Counted from the first letter of the stretch, positions 1-10,199 are shown. The stretch: 64,000 bases of DNA from Pseudomonadota bacterium (GCA_052387815.1 JBQTIU010000024.1:3028-67027); one strand, 5' to 3'. The notes: generated by a model from the sequence alone, not told the origin. Made by a program: numbers and translations.

Positions 1-249
1 CGTCCGAAAGCTTGGCAAGCAACTCGCTCGGCAAGCGCGCCAATAGCCACTCGGCGTCGCTCGACGCGGTCGATGAGTTCGGCATCGATGGGCTCCCTGG
101 CTCGACGGTGGCGACAAGCCAACCCTCGCTGGGAGCGTTTGTCAAGCGCGCGCGCCCCGAGCCAACGCTTCCTTGCCCGCCTCGAATTTGGTTAATTACC
201 CCGAACTCCCGCTTGCCGAGGGCGACCCCGCGAGGCCGGTGTCAAGACG

Positions 250-687
250 ATGCGCGCGCGCTATCTCGAGGATTTCAAGCCGGGGGATACGTTCACGACC
301 CCCCGCCGGATGCTGTCGGGCGATGACATCGCCGATTTCGCCCGCCGCTTCGCGCCGGCGCCCGCGCCGGCCCTCGCCGTCTTTCACCTGCTGGCCTTGA
401 GCTTCCGCCTGATCCTCGATTCGGGCGTGATTTCGGGCACCAACATGGGTGGAGCGGCGGCCGAGGCAATCAGCCTCGAGCGCTCGGTCGGGCCGGGCGA
501 GGCGGTGGCCGTCACGGCCAGCGTGCTCGAAGCCCGGCCCTCCACCTCCAAGCCCGATCGCGGGACGGCCCGCATCCGCTATGAGCTCGGCAACGACGCC
601 GGCGAGACCGTGTTGGGCTTCACCATCACCCACGTGATGCGGCGCCGGCCTCACCCGGTCATGCACAAGCCGCCGGAAACGCTGTAG
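250..687 (+). CDS. MaoC-like (hotdog-fold) acyl dehydratase
   Basis: 145-aa ORF with the hotdog/MaoC dehydratase pattern (EDFKPGDTF...RIRYELGNDAGETVLGFTITHV) and codon usage matching its neighbours. Assignment is by remembered family motifs only. Confidence 0.55.
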   Translation: MRARYLEDFKPGDTFTTPRRMLSGDDIADFARRFAPAPAPALAVFHLLALSFRLILDSGVISGTNMGGAAAEAISLERSVGPGEAVAVTASVLEARPSTSKPDRGTARIRYELGNDAGETVLGFTITHVMRRRPHPVMHKPPETL

Positions 688-698
688 ACCTGCCCGCC

Positions 699-1562
699 TC
701 ACGGCGTGGCGAGCAACACCTGGCCCTTGTCGATCTCCGCACTCACCTCGCGGCGCGGGCCGAACTCGACCGCCGAGGTCGTGTAGCCGATGGCGGCGAA
801 GAACTTGACGGCGTCAGCGAGGGTGCGGTTCACGCGCCGCCAATACGCGGGCTCGTAGAGAAAGAACACCTTGGGCCGGAAGCGCGCCAGGGTCTCGCGG
901 CCGCCCTCCAAGATGTTCCATTCCTCGCCCTGGGCCAGAAGCTTGACGACGTCGAGCCGGGGCACGGGATGGCCGGCGATGAAATCGTCGAGCGAGACGA
1001 CTTCGATCTCGACGCTCGGGGTCGGCCGCCCGACGTTCTCGGCATAAAGGCTGGCGTTGGCGAAGTTGCCGATGCCCTCGTCATGGCTGTAGAAGCGCCG
1101 CCGCTCGCTGTTGGCCGACAGGGCGATCTGGTGGGTGTCGACGAAGTCGAAGCCGTTCAATGCCAGGTTGCGCTTGAGCCTGGCCAAGGGGTGCGGATCG
1201 GGTTCGAAGCATACCACCTTGCCGCTCGTCCCGACGCGGTTGGCCATCACCACGCTGTGCATGCCGATGTTGGCGCCGATGTCGAAGGCGACATGGCCCG
1301 GGCGCAGCATGCGGTTCAAGAGCTTGCTCACCTCCGGGCGGAAGACGCCGTAGAAGAAGATGTACCACTCGCAAAACGATTGCGTGTCGATGTTGAGCAA
1401 CAGGCCGTCGTCGTAATCGACGACGGTGCGGATCGGGCGCGCGTTGCCGGGCGGGTGGATGGCGCGCAGCAGGCGGTCGGTGCCCTTGGGATGGAAGCGC
1501 CGCGTCAGGCGCGCCAGCGCGTGCACGAGGCCGGGCGGGATCGGCGGGGCGGATGGCGGCAT
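699..1562 (-). CDS. FkbM-family SAM-dependent methyltransferase
   Basis: Motif VAFDIGANIGMHS...VVCFEPDP is typical of Methyltransf_21/FkbM. The first 45 residues of the long ORF are Pro-rich shadow sequence, so the start is set at the internal ATG at 1562. The gene is divergent from gdh. Confidence 0.7.
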   Translation of the reverse strand: MPPSAPPIPPGLVHALARLTRRFHPKGTDRLLRAIHPPGNARPIRTVVDYDDGLLLNIDTQSFCEWYIFFYGVFRPEVSKLLNRMLRPGHVAFDIGANIGMHSVVMANRVGTSGKVVCFEPDPHPLARLKRNLALNGFDFVDTHQIALSANSERRRFYSHDEGIGNFANASLYAENVGRPTPSVEIEVVSLDDFIAGHPVPRLDVVKLLAQGEEWNILEGGRETLARFRPKVFFLYEPAYWRRVNRTLADAVKFFAAIGYTTSAVEFGPRREVSAEIDKGQVLLATP

Positions 1563-1702
1563 GGTCGCTCGGCCAGAACTGGGCGTGGGGTCGGGGGGCA
1601 ACTTATTGGGGCGTTCGGGCGGCCTGTCAACCACGCCGCTCCGCTTTCTGCCCGCCGCCGAATCGGCTAGCCTGGGGCAAGCGGGGCCAGGGAGCATCGG
1701 GG

Positions 1703-4700
1703 ATGTCGCCGTCGGATACCGCGCGCAAGGGCGAGATCGTCGAGGAGGTCGCCGGCCTGGCGCGCCGCCGCCTGGGGCCCGACGAGCGCGCCGCCGCCGA
1801 GGGATTCCTGCGGCGCTTCTACGCCAACGTGGCGCTCGACGATCTCGCCGCCCGGCCGGCCGAGGATCTCTACGGCGCCGCCCTCGCCCTGTGGCGGTTC
1901 GCCCGCCGGCGCGCGCCCGGGCAGCCCTTGGTCCGGGTCTACAACCCGCTTGTGGCCGAGCACGGCTGGGCCTCGCGCCATACGGTGGTCGAAATCGTCA
2001 ACGACGACATGCCGTTCCTGGTCGACTCGGTCACCGCCGAGCTCAACCGCCGCGATCTAGCGGTCCATCTCGTCATCCACCCGGTGATGCGGGTCAAGCG
2101 CGCGCAGGCGGGCGAGCTCTCGGGCCTGGCCGAGGATGGCCGACCCGAGTCGTTCATGCATATCGAGATCGACGAACAGGGCGCGGGCGAGGCGCTCGCC
2201 GAGATCGGGCGCGGGATCGAATCGGTGCTCGCCGATGTGCGTGTGGCGGTCGCCGATTGGCGCCCCATGCGCAAGCGGCTCGACGACATCATCGCCGAGC
2301 TCGACGCCAAGCCGCCGCCGGTGCCGGCCGAGGAGATCGCCGCCGCGCGCGGTTTCCTGGCCTGGATATCGGGCGAAAATTTCACCTTGTTGGGGTGCCG
2401 CGAATACAACTTCGGCGGCGCGGATGGCGAGGCGCGCGCCAATATCGTCACGGGGCGCGGGCTCGGGCTGTGCCGCGACGACGGATTCGTCATCTTCGAC
2501 GGCCTGCGCAACCTTGGCGCCTTGCCGCCCGACGTGCAGGACTTCGTCCGCCGGCCGCAGCTCTTGCGGGTGACCAAGGCCAACCGCCGCTCGAGCGTCC
2601 ACCGGCGCGTCTATCTCGACGCCGTCGGCGTCAAGACCTTCGATGCGGCGGGGCGAGTGTCGGGCGAGCGCCTCCTGGTCGGGCTGTTCACCTCCACGGC
2701 CTATACCGCGCGCCCGCGCGACATCCCGCTGCTGGCTGGCAAGATCGAGCACATCCTCGGCCTCGCCGGGTTCGACCCCGCCGGCCATGACGGCAAGGCC
2801 CTGGTCCATATCCTCGAGACCTTCCCGCGCGACGAGCTGTTCCAGGCCACGGCGGACGAGCTTTACGGCGCCGCCCTCGGCGTCCTTGCCCTTCAGGAGC
2901 GCCAGCGGACCGCGCTGTTCGTGCGCCGCGACCCGTTCGAGCGCTTCATCTCCGCCTTAGTCTATGTCCCGCGCGACCGCTTCAACACCGACTTGAGGAT
3001 CCGGTTCCACCGCATCCTGGCCGACGCCTATGAGGGACGCATCACGGCGTTCTACGTCCAGTTCTCCGACGAGTCCTTGCTCGCGCGCGTGCACTACATC
3101 GTCGGCACGACGCCGGGCCGCGTTCCCGAGGTTGCGGTCAAGGACCTCGAGCGGCGGTTGATCGAGGCCGGGCGCAGCTTCGCCGACAAGCTCAAGGACG
3201 CGCTGGTGGGCACCCTGGGCGAGGGGCGGGGACTGGCCACGCTGGCCCGCTACGCCGACGCCTTCCCCGCCGCCTATCGCGACAGTTTTTCGCCCGAGGC
3301 GGCGCTCGCCGACATCGCGCTCGTCGAGCGCGTGCACTCGGGCGCCGAGGCACTGGGCGTCAACCTCTACCGCGCGCTCGACTCGCCGGAGGCCGAGCTG
3401 CGCCTGCGCGTTTTCCACAGCGGCCGGCCGTTGCCGCTCTCGGATATGCTGCCGATGATCGAGAATATGGGCCTCCGGGTGATCAGCGAGCAGCCGTTCC
3501 GGATCGCGCCGGCGGGCGTCGCGGAGCCGGTGTTCATGTACGATTTCGCGATGCTGATGCGCGATGCGGCGGCGATCGACCTCACCCAAGTCAAGCCGGA
3601 ATTCGAGGCGGCCCTCAAGTCGGTGTGGGCCGGGGCGGCGGAAAACGACGGCTTCAACCGGCTGGTGATCGGGGCCGGGCTGTCGGGGGGGGAGGTGACG
3701 GCGTTGCGCGCCTATGCGAAGTACCTGCGCCAGATCGGCATCCCCTTCAGCCAAGCCTATATGGAGGACACGCTGGCGCGCCACCCCATGATCGCGCGCG
3801 CGCTCGTCGATCTGTTCCGCCTGCTCCATGACCCGAGTGCCCCCGCCAGCGCCGAGGCCGCGGGCGCGGCCCGCGCGGGCGAGATCGAGCGCCTGCTCGA
3901 TGCGGTCGCCAATCTCGACGAGGACCGCATCCTGCGCCGCTTCCTCAACCTCGTGCGCGCGACGCTCCGGACCAACTTCTTCCAGCGCGACAAGGACGGA
4001 GCGCCGAAGCGCCACCTGTCCTTGAAGCTCGACAGCCAGGCGATCGACGAGCTGCCGCTGCCGCGACCGCTGGCTGAAATTTTCGTCTATGCGCCCGAGG
4101 TCGAGGCGGTGCACTTGCGCGGCGGGCGCGTGGCCCGCGGCGGCATCCGCTGGTCCGACCGGCGCGAGGATTTCCGCACCGAGATCCTGGGCCTCATGAA
4201 GGCGCAACAGGTCAAGAACGTGGTCATCGTGCCGGTGGGCTCGAAGGGTGGGTTCTTCGTCAAGCGGCCGCCGCCGCCCGAGGCCGGGCGCGAGGCGGCG
4301 CTGGCCGAAGGGATCGCCTGCTACAAGACCATGATGCGCGGCCTGCTCGACCTGACCGACAGCATCGGGCCGGGCGGCGTCGTCCCGCCGCAAGGGGTCG
4401 TGCGCCGCGACGGCGACGATCCCTACCTGGTGGTCGCCGCCGACAAGGGCACCGCGACCTTCTCCGATATCGCCAACGCGGTGGCGCGCGAGTACGGCTT
4501 CTGGCTCGACGACGCGTTCGCCTCGGGCGGCTCGGCGGGCTACGACCACAAGCGCATGGCAATCACCGCGCGCGGCGCCTGGGAGGCGGTCAAGCGCCAT
4601 TTCCGCGAACTCGGCATCGACGTCGAGGCGAGCGACTTCACGGCGGTCGGGGTCGGCGACATGTCGGGCGACGTGTTCGGCAACGCCATGCTGCGCTCGC

Positions 4701-6568
4701 GCCGCATCAGGCTGATCGGCGCCTTCGACCACCGCCACGTCTTCTTCGACCCCGACCCCGACCCCGCTCTCTCCTTCGCCGAGCGGGAGCGCCTGTTCAA
4801 TCTGCCGCGCTCGTCGTGGGCGGATTACGACGCCAAGCTCATCTCCGCGGGCGGCGGGGTGTTCGAGCGCAAGGCGAAGTCGATCAAGCTGTCGCCCGAG
4901 GTGCGGGCGCGCTTCGAGCTCGCGGCCGAGCAGGCCACCCCCGCCGACGTCGTCAAGGCGATGCTGCGCGCCCGGGTCGATCTGCTGTGGCTCGGCGGCA
5001 TCGGCACCTTCGTCAAGGCCGCCCATGAAAGCCACGCCGAAGTCGGCGACCGCGGCAACGACGGGCTGCGCGTTGACGGGCGCGAGCTGCGCGCCCGGGT
5101 CGTCGGCGAGGGCGCCAATCTCGGCTTCACGCAGAACGGGCGCATCGAATACGCGATGGCCGGCGGCGAGGGCGTGGGCGGGCGGATCAACACCGACGCG
5201 ATCGACAACTCGGCCGGCGTTGATACCTCGGACCACGAGGTGAACATAAAGATCCTGCTCGGCGACATCGTGGCGCGCGGCGACATGACCATGAAGCAGC
5301 GCGATGAGCTACTCGCCCGCATGACCGACGAGGTCGCGGCCCTGGTGCTGCGCGACAACTACCGGCAGACGCAGGCGCTGTCGCTCGTCCAAGCGCAAGG
5401 GGCGGCGGCGCTCGACCGCCACGTCCGCCTGATCCGCCGGCTCGAGCGCGCGGGCCGCCTCAACCGCGGGCTCGAATTCCTGCCCGACGACGAGGAGATC
5501 GCCCGGCGCCAGGCGGCGGGCAAGGGCCTGACGCGGCCCGAGCTCGCGATCCTCCTCGCCTATGCCAAGATGTCGCTCTACGACGAGCTGTTGGCGAGCG
5601 ATCTGCCCGACGATCCGACCCTCGCCGACGACCTCAAGAATTATTTCCCGGCCCCGCTCCGCACCCGCCACAAGGACGCCATCCACCGCCATCGCCTGCG
5701 GCGCGAGATCATCGCCACCGCGGTGACCAACAGCGTCGTCAATCGCGCCGGCCCGAGCTTCGTCGGCGACGTTGCCGAGCGCACCGGCTCCCCCGCCGCT
5801 GCCGTCGCCCGCGCTTATCTCGCCGCCCGCCAGGTCTTCGATTTGCGGCGGCTGTGGGCGGCGATCGAGGGCCTCGACAACCGCGTTGCCGCCGCCGTGC
5901 AGACGCAGATGCTGCTCGCGGCGCTCTCGCTCCTCGAGCGGGCCACCCTATGGTTCCTCCGCCATTTCGCGGTCGCGGGCGCGGCGGGGATCGACATTGC
6001 CGCCTCCCTAGCGCGGTTCAAGCCGGGGGTGGACGCGCTCAGGCCGGCGCTCGAGCGCGTCCTCGATCGGGCCCGGGCCGCCGCGCTCGCCGAGCGCGCA
6101 GGCCGGATCGCCAATGACGGCGTGCCCGCCGATCTGGCGGCCGAAATGGCGGGGCTCGACGATCTTGCCGCCGCTCCCGACCTGGTGTCGATCGCCGAGC
6201 GCCTGGCGGCCGGCCAGCCGGGGCCGGTCGAGGCCGTGGCGAAGGTCTATTTCGCGCTCGGCGCGCGGCTCGGCTTCGACTGGCTGCGCGAGGTGGCAGG
6301 CAGGATCAAGGCCGAGACGGCGTGGCAGAAGCGCGCGCTCGAAGCGGTGGTCGACGACCTCTTGGGACAGCAGGCCGAGCTCGCGGCCCACGCCATCGCC
6401 GCTGCCGGCGGCGACCCCGCGGGCGCCGATGGGGCGTGGCTCGGCCGCCACGTCGCCGGGCTCCTGCGGATCGATGCGCTGATCGCCGAACTCAAGGCGG
6501 CGCCTGCCGTCGATCTCGCCGCGCTCACGGTGGCGAGTCGTGAGCTTCGGGCGCTGGTCGCCGGGTGA
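1703..6568 (+). CDS. gdhB: NAD-specific glutamate dehydrogenase (large GdhB/Bac_GDH type, about 1622 aa)
   Basis: About 1620 residues is the hallmark length of bacterial NAD-GDH. The ORF shows conserved blocks such as GGIRWSDRREDFRTEILGLMKAQQVKN and the catalytic-domain pattern. The start is set at ATG 1703, not the ORF-track start at 1553. Confidence 0.9.
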   Translation: MSPSDTARKGEIVEEVAGLARRRLGPDERAAAEGFLRRFYANVALDDLAARPAEDLYGAALALWRFARRRAPGQPLVRVYNPLVAEHGWASRHTVVEIVNDDMPFLVDSVTAELNRRDLAVHLVIHPVMRVKRAQAGELSGLAEDGRPESFMHIEIDEQGAGEALAEIGRGIESVLADVRVAVADWRPMRKRLDDIIAELDAKPPPVPAEEIAAARGFLAWISGENFTLLGCREYNFGGADGEARANIVTGRGLGLCRDDGFVIFDGLRNLGALPPDVQDFVRRPQLLRVTKANRRSSVHRRVYLDAVGVKTFDAAGRVSGERLLVGLFTSTAYTARPRDIPLLAGKIEHILGLAGFDPAGHDGKALVHILETFPRDELFQATADELYGAALGVLALQERQRTALFVRRDPFERFISALVYVPRDRFNTDLRIRFHRILADAYEGRITAFYVQFSDESLLARVHYIVGTTPGRVPEVAVKDLERRLIEAGRSFADKLKDALVGTLGEGRGLATLARYADAFPAAYRDSFSPEAALADIALVERVHSGAEALGVNLYRALDSPEAELRLRVFHSGRPLPLSDMLPMIENMGLRVISEQPFRIAPAGVAEPVFMYDFAMLMRDAAAIDLTQVKPEFEAALKSVWAGAAENDGFNRLVIGAGLSGGEVTALRAYAKYLRQIGIPFSQAYMEDTLARHPMIARALVDLFRLLHDPSAPASAEAAGAARAGEIERLLDAVANLDEDRILRRFLNLVRATLRTNFFQRDKDGAPKRHLSLKLDSQAIDELPLPRPLAEIFVYAPEVEAVHLRGGRVARGGIRWSDRREDFRTEILGLMKAQQVKNVVIVPVGSKGGFFVKRPPPPEAGREAALAEGIACYKTMMRGLLDLTDSIGPGGVVPPQGVVRRDGDDPYLVVAADKGTATFSDIANAVAREYGFWLDDAFASGGSAGYDHKRMAITARGAWEAVKRHFRELGIDVEASDFTAVGVGDMSGDVFGNAMLRSRRIRLIGAFDHRHVFFDPDPDPALSFAERERLFNLPRSSWADYDAKLISAGGGVFERKAKSIKLSPEVRARFELAAEQATPADVVKAMLRARVDLLWLGGIGTFVKAAHESHAEVGDRGNDGLRVDGRELRARVVGEGANLGFTQNGRIEYAMAGGEGVGGRINTDAIDNSAGVDTSDHEVNIKILLGDIVARGDMTMKQRDELLARMTDEVAALVLRDNYRQTQALSLVQAQGAAALDRHVRLIRRLERAGRLNRGLEFLPDDEEIARRQAAGKGLTRPELAILLAYAKMSLYDELLASDLPDDPTLADDLKNYFPAPLRTRHKDAIHRHRLRREIIATAVTNSVVNRAGPSFVGDVAERTGSPAAAVARAYLAARQVFDLRRLWAAIEGLDNRVAAAVQTQMLLAALSLLERATLWFLRHFAVAGAAGIDIAASLARFKPGVDALRPALERVLDRARAAALAERAGRIANDGVPADLAAEMAGLDDLAAAPDLVSIAERLAAGQPGPVEAVAKVYFALGARLGFDWLREVAGRIKAETAWQKRALEAVVDDLLGQQAELAAHAIAAAGGDPAGADGAWLGRHVAGLLRIDALIAELKAAPAVDLAALTVASRELRALVAG

Positions 6569-7830
6569 GCGTCCCCATTGACCGCCGGGCGGTCGCCGCC
6601 TGGTGCCTGTTCGACTGGGCGAACTCGGCCTTTCCGGCGGTCATCACCACCTTCGTGTTCGCCACCTATTTCACCACCGCGGTCGCCGCCGACCCGGTCA
6701 TCGGCACGGCCTTGTGGAGCCAGGCGCTGGCGATCGCCGGGCTGGTCATCGCCGTCGTGAGCCCGGTCCTCGGCTCGGTCGCCGACCTGACCGGCCGGCG
6801 CAAGCTCTGGCTGGGCCTGTTTGCGAGCCTCAACGTGATCGCCGTCGCCGCCCTGTGGTTCGTCCGCCCGTCCCCCGATTGGGTCGTTCCGGCTTTGGTC
6901 GGGATGGCGATCGCCACCGTCGCCTTCGAGGTCGCCATGGTGTTCTACAACGCGCTCCTCCCGGAACTGGCGCCGGCCTCGCATATCGGGCGCGTGTCGG
7001 GCTGGGGCTGGGGCCTCGGCTATATCGGCGGCATCGTCTGCCTGTCCGCCATCCTGGTCCTGTTCGTCGAGGCCGAGCCGCCGCCCTTCGGCCTCGAGCG
7101 CGAGTCGGCCGAGCACGTGCGCATCGCCCAGCCCTTCGCGGCCCTGTGGTACGCGGCCTTCGCCCTACCGCTGTTCTTCCTGGTGCCGGAGCCGCGCGGG
7201 GTAGGCCTGGCGCTGTGGCCCGCGGTCAGGCGCGGGCTCGACGATCTGTGGCGGACCGCCCGCGGGCTGCGCGCGCAGCCGGCGGTCGCCTGGTTCCTGT
7301 TGGCGCAGATGATCTACGCCGACGGGCTGCACACGTTGTTCGCCTTCGGCGGCATCTATGCCGCCGGCACCTTCGGCATGGATTTGAGCGAGGTCATCGT
7401 CTTCGGCATCGCCCTCAACCTCACGGCCGGTCTCGGCGCCTTCGGCTTCGCCTGGGTGGACGACTGGCTCGGGCCCAAGCGCACCATCGCGCTGGCGCTT
7501 GGCGCGCTGACGGTGGTCGGCGCGGCCCTGCTGGTCGTCGACGACAAGGCCTGGTTCTGGGCGTTCGGCCTGCTGCTCGGCGCCTTCTTCGGGCCGGCGC
7601 AGGCGGCGAGCCGGTCGTTGATCGCCCACCTGGCGCCGCCCGCCAGCCGGGCGCAGATGTTCGGGCTGTTCGCGCTCTCGGGCCGGATCACCGCCTTCCT
7701 CGGGCCGGCCGTGCTCGGCTGGGCGACCCATGCCGCCGACAGCCAGCGCGCCGGGATGGCAACCATCCTGGCGTTCTTCCTCGCCGGCCTCGCGATCCTG
7801 TTGTGGAAGGTGCCGGAGCCGGCGCGATAG
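6565..7830 (+). CDS. MFS transporter (UMF1/Atg22-like family)
   Basis: 421 aa with about 12 predicted transmembrane segments and an N-terminus (WCLFDWANSAF) typical of UMF1-family MFS proteins. The GTG start overlaps the gdh stop in a GTGA arrangement. The first in-frame ATG lies about 115 codons downstream, inside the protein. Confidence 0.65.
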   Translation: MSVPIDRRAVAAWCLFDWANSAFPAVITTFVFATYFTTAVAADPVIGTALWSQALAIAGLVIAVVSPVLGSVADLTGRRKLWLGLFASLNVIAVAALWFVRPSPDWVVPALVGMAIATVAFEVAMVFYNALLPELAPASHIGRVSGWGWGLGYIGGIVCLSAILVLFVEAEPPPFGLERESAEHVRIAQPFAALWYAAFALPLFFLVPEPRGVGLALWPAVRRGLDDLWRTARGLRAQPAVAWFLLAQMIYADGLHTLFAFGGIYAAGTFGMDLSEVIVFGIALNLTAGLGAFGFAWVDDWLGPKRTIALALGALTVVGAALLVVDDKAWFWAFGLLLGAFFGPAQAASRSLIAHLAPPASRAQMFGLFALSGRITAFLGPAVLGWATHAADSQRAGMATILAFFLAGLAILLWKVPEPAR

Positions 7831-7859
7831 CCCCCGCCACCGAGATCGAAGGAGATGCC

Positions 7860-8411
7860 ATGACCACCGCTCATCCGCCCCAAGCCACGATCATCGACTA
7901 CGCCGGCAAGCGGCCGCGGGTCGCGCCCGGCGTGTTCATCGCGCCCTCGGCGACACTGATCGGCGACGTCGTGATCGCCGCGCGTGCCAGCATCTGGTTC
8001 AACTGCGTCTTGCGCGGCGACGACACCTATATCCGCATCGGCGAGGGCACCAACGTGCAGGACGGAACGGTGATCCACGTCTTCATGGACACCCACCCGA
8101 CGGTGATCGGCGCCGGCGTGACCATCGGCCACGGCGCCATCCTGCATGGCTGCACGATCGAGGACCGCTCGATGATCGGCATCGGCGCCATCGTCCTCGA
8201 CGGGGTGGTGGTCGAGGAAGGGGCGGTGGTCGCCGCCGGGGCGGTGGTCGCGCCCGGCAAGCGCGTCCGGCGCGGCGAGATGTGGGGCGGCTGCCCGGCC
8301 AAGCCGCTGCGGGCGGTCAAGCCCGAGGAACTCCAGTTCATCGCTAATAACGGCCCCCATTATTCGAGCGTGGCGGAACGCTACCTGCGGGCTGGCGCCG
8401 GCCGGCGTTGA
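7860..8411 (+). CDS. gamma-class carbonic anhydrase / hexapeptide-repeat (LbH) protein
   Basis: 184 aa with left-handed beta-helix hexapeptide repeats (IGDVVIAARASIWFNCVLRGDDTYIRIGEGTNVQDGTVIH...) and His ligands as in the CamH/YrdA family. The start is the in-frame ATG at 7860. Confidence 0.75.
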   Translation: MTTAHPPQATIIDYAGKRPRVAPGVFIAPSATLIGDVVIAARASIWFNCVLRGDDTYIRIGEGTNVQDGTVIHVFMDTHPTVIGAGVTIGHGAILHGCTIEDRSMIGIGAIVLDGVVVEEGAVVAAGAVVAPGKRVRRGEMWGGCPAKPLRAVKPEELQFIANNGPHYSSVAERYLRAGAGRR

Positions 8412-8435
8412 TGGCGGCCGGCTGCGGAAAAAACG

Positions 8436-8500
8436 CGCTTGACAAGATGCCAAGGGAGATGTATTTAACATATAGGTTAATTAGCTGGCTTGTTAAATAG
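8436..8500 (+). promoter_or_regulatory. sigma-70-like promoter with an overlapping palindromic operator upstream of the ArsR regulator
   Basis: This is the only AT-rich stretch nearby. It carries a TTGACA element, then a 17-bp spacer, then TATTTA. It is followed by the inverted repeat TTAAC-ATATAG-GTTAA and further TTAA half-sites, resembling an ArsR/SmtB operator. Confidence 0.35.
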
Positions 8501-8505
8501 AAAAC

Positions 8506-9309
8506 ATGGACTCGCTCAGCGCCACTTGCGCCGCCTTGGCGGACCCGACGCGCCGGGCGATCCTGGCCCGGCTGGCGGCCGGCGTGGCCAATGCCGGCGC
8601 CATCGCCGGTGGCTTCAACATCTCGGCGCCAGCGATCTCGCGCCACCTGCGGGTGCTCGAGGCGGCGCGGCTGATCGACCGCACCAAGGACAAGCAATGG
8701 CGCCGCTGCCGGCTGCGCCCCGAGCCGCTCCAGGAGATGTCCGACTGGCTCGCTCGCTACCGCCGGTTCTGGGACTCCCAGTTCGACGCCCTGGCCGAAT
8801 TTCTGACCCTAACCAAGGAGAAACCGACGATGGCCAATCCGGCGCCCCAAAAGACGGCCGCGGCGGCCGGGTATACCCTCACCCTGGCGCGGGTGTTCAA
8901 GGCGCCGCGCGCGCGGGTCTTCGCCGCGTTCACCGACCCCGAGCTGTTGCGGCTGTGGTGGGGCCCCAAGGGCTTCACCACGCCGGTGGCCGAAATCGAC
9001 CTCAAGGTCGGCGGCCCTTACCGGCTGGAGATGAAATCCCCGGACGGCAAGATCCATCGCCTGTCGGGGGTATACCGCGCCATCGTCCGGCCCGAGCGGC
9101 TGGCGTACACCTTCATCTGGGCCCAAGGGGAGATGGCCGGCCTCAAGACCCAAGTCGTGCTGGAATTCCGGGATCACCCGCAGGGAACCGAACTTATCCT
9201 CACTCATTCCGGCTTGCCGTCGGCCGCGCAGCGCGACGATCACAAGACGGGGTGGACGAGCTCGTTCGACTGCCTCCTCGAGGCGATCGCGGAAGGAAAA
9301 ATCCGCTGA
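8506..9309 (+). CDS. ArsR/SmtB-family HTH regulator fused in frame to an SRPBCC (AhSA1/Aha1-like) domain
   Basis: The N-terminus is an ArsR helix-turn-helix (ALADPTRRAILARL...ISAPAISRHLRVLEAARLI). From MANPAPQ onward the sequence matches the SRPBCC/activator-of-Hsp90-ATPase fold (FTDPELLRLWWGPKGF). There is no stop codon between the two modules. Confidence 0.7.
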   Translation: MDSLSATCAALADPTRRAILARLAAGVANAGAIAGGFNISAPAISRHLRVLEAARLIDRTKDKQWRRCRLRPEPLQEMSDWLARYRRFWDSQFDALAEFLTLTKEKPTMANPAPQKTAAAAGYTLTLARVFKAPRARVFAAFTDPELLRLWWGPKGFTTPVAEIDLKVGGPYRLEMKSPDGKIHRLSGVYRAIVRPERLAYTFIWAQGEMAGLKTQVVLEFRDHPQGTELILTHSGLPSAAQRDDHKTGWTSSFDCLLEAIAEGKIR

Positions 9310-9365
9310 CGATATACGGCGACCGGCGCCGATGTGCGCACGGCGCGGGCGAGGCGAGTGCCGCA

Positions 9366-9392
9366 AACGCAAACGGGGCGGCCATGGGCCGC
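9366..9392 (+). terminator. GC-rich hairpin (9-bp perfect stem), candidate terminator downstream of the ArsR-SRPBCC gene
   Basis: The sequence is GGGGCGGCC-ATG-GGCCGCCCC. It is a perfect inverted repeat but has no U-tract. Confidence 0.25.
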
Positions 9393-9590
9393 CCCGGTTG
9401 CGTGTCGCCGCTCGTCGGCAGTGCCGAATCATCATCGCGTGGCGGCGGGCACGATCGCCCCGGTGAGCCCCGCCGCTATCGCGACAACGCTTCACCCGTC
9501 GTTCTCCAGGGGCACAAGCTTCGATAATTCGACAATGAGCGGCTGGAGATCTTCGCTCACCGTCTGCCAGATCATGTCGTCGTCGATGTT

Positions 9591-9839
9591 CTAATAGTCG
9601 TGCCCGACCTTGTGCCGCATACCGATGATCGCGCGCCAGGGGACATCCGGATGGCGTTCCTGGAAGGAGCGTGGGACTCTTCGTGCGGCCTCGCCGACGA
9701 TCCGGAGCAGGTGCGCCAGCGCCATGCGGTGGTTTTCATCCGCGTCAAAATCCCGGCGCGTCTTGGCCTGAATCTTGCTGACGGCCAAGCGCGCCGTATC
9801 AAGCATGTGGCCGACATAGACCAGGTCATCCTTCGACAT
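9591..9839 (-). CDS. hepT: HepT (DUF86) toxin of a HepT/MntA toxin-antitoxin pair
   Basis: The C-terminus carries the Rx4HxY motif (RHKVGHDY). The gene is small, about 82 aa from ATG 9839, and overlaps the upstream MntA gene by 14 bp. Confidence 0.75.
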   Translation of the reverse strand: MSKDDLVYVGHMLDTARLAVSKIQAKTRRDFDADENHRMALAHLLRIVGEAARRVPRSFQERHPDVPWRAIIGMRHKVGHDY

Positions 9840-10134
9840 ATTGGACCTCGGCCTCCGCCAGGATGCGGTGACGGAGCCTGTGGTTGAGGAACTTCGGCGT
9901 GACCATATCGATCTCATGGCCTCCCGCGAGACCGGAAAGCTGGCGCTCCAAGTCATTCAGGCGCAGGAATCCCGGCACATGGCCCGGCTCGAACTCCACG
10001 AGCACGTCGATATCACTGCCGGGTCGGAAGTCATTGCGCAGCACCGAACCAAAGAGGGACAGCTTGCGGATGTGATGTCGCCGGCAGAACTCGGCGATCT
10101 TGTCCTGTGGGATGTCGATCCGTGCCCGCTTCAT
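9826..10134 (-). CDS. mntA: MntA nucleotidyltransferase antitoxin
   Basis: Carries the GSxxR...SDIDVLV minimal nucleotidyltransferase motif (LFGSVLRNDFRPGSDIDVLVEF). It lies immediately upstream of and overlapping hepT. Confidence 0.75.
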   Translation of the reverse strand: MKRARIDIPQDKIAEFCRRHHIRKLSLFGSVLRNDFRPGSDIDVLVEFEPGHVPGFLRLNDLERQLSGLAGGHEIDMVTPKFLNHRLRHRILAEAEVQYVEG

Positions 10135-10199
10135 CGCTCGCTCCGTCGAATCACGTTACTTTCGAGTCGCGACAAGATCCGCGCTGAACCGGCAGGAGT

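Noticed and set aside
1426-6543. Numerous long overlapping ORFs within and opposite the gdh gene (e.g. 1426..2790, 2957..5236, 2057..2809)
   Set aside because: These are high-GC shadow ORFs with low-complexity Arg/Ala/Pro/Gly composition. They are nested in or antisense to the well-supported 1622-aa NAD-GDH.
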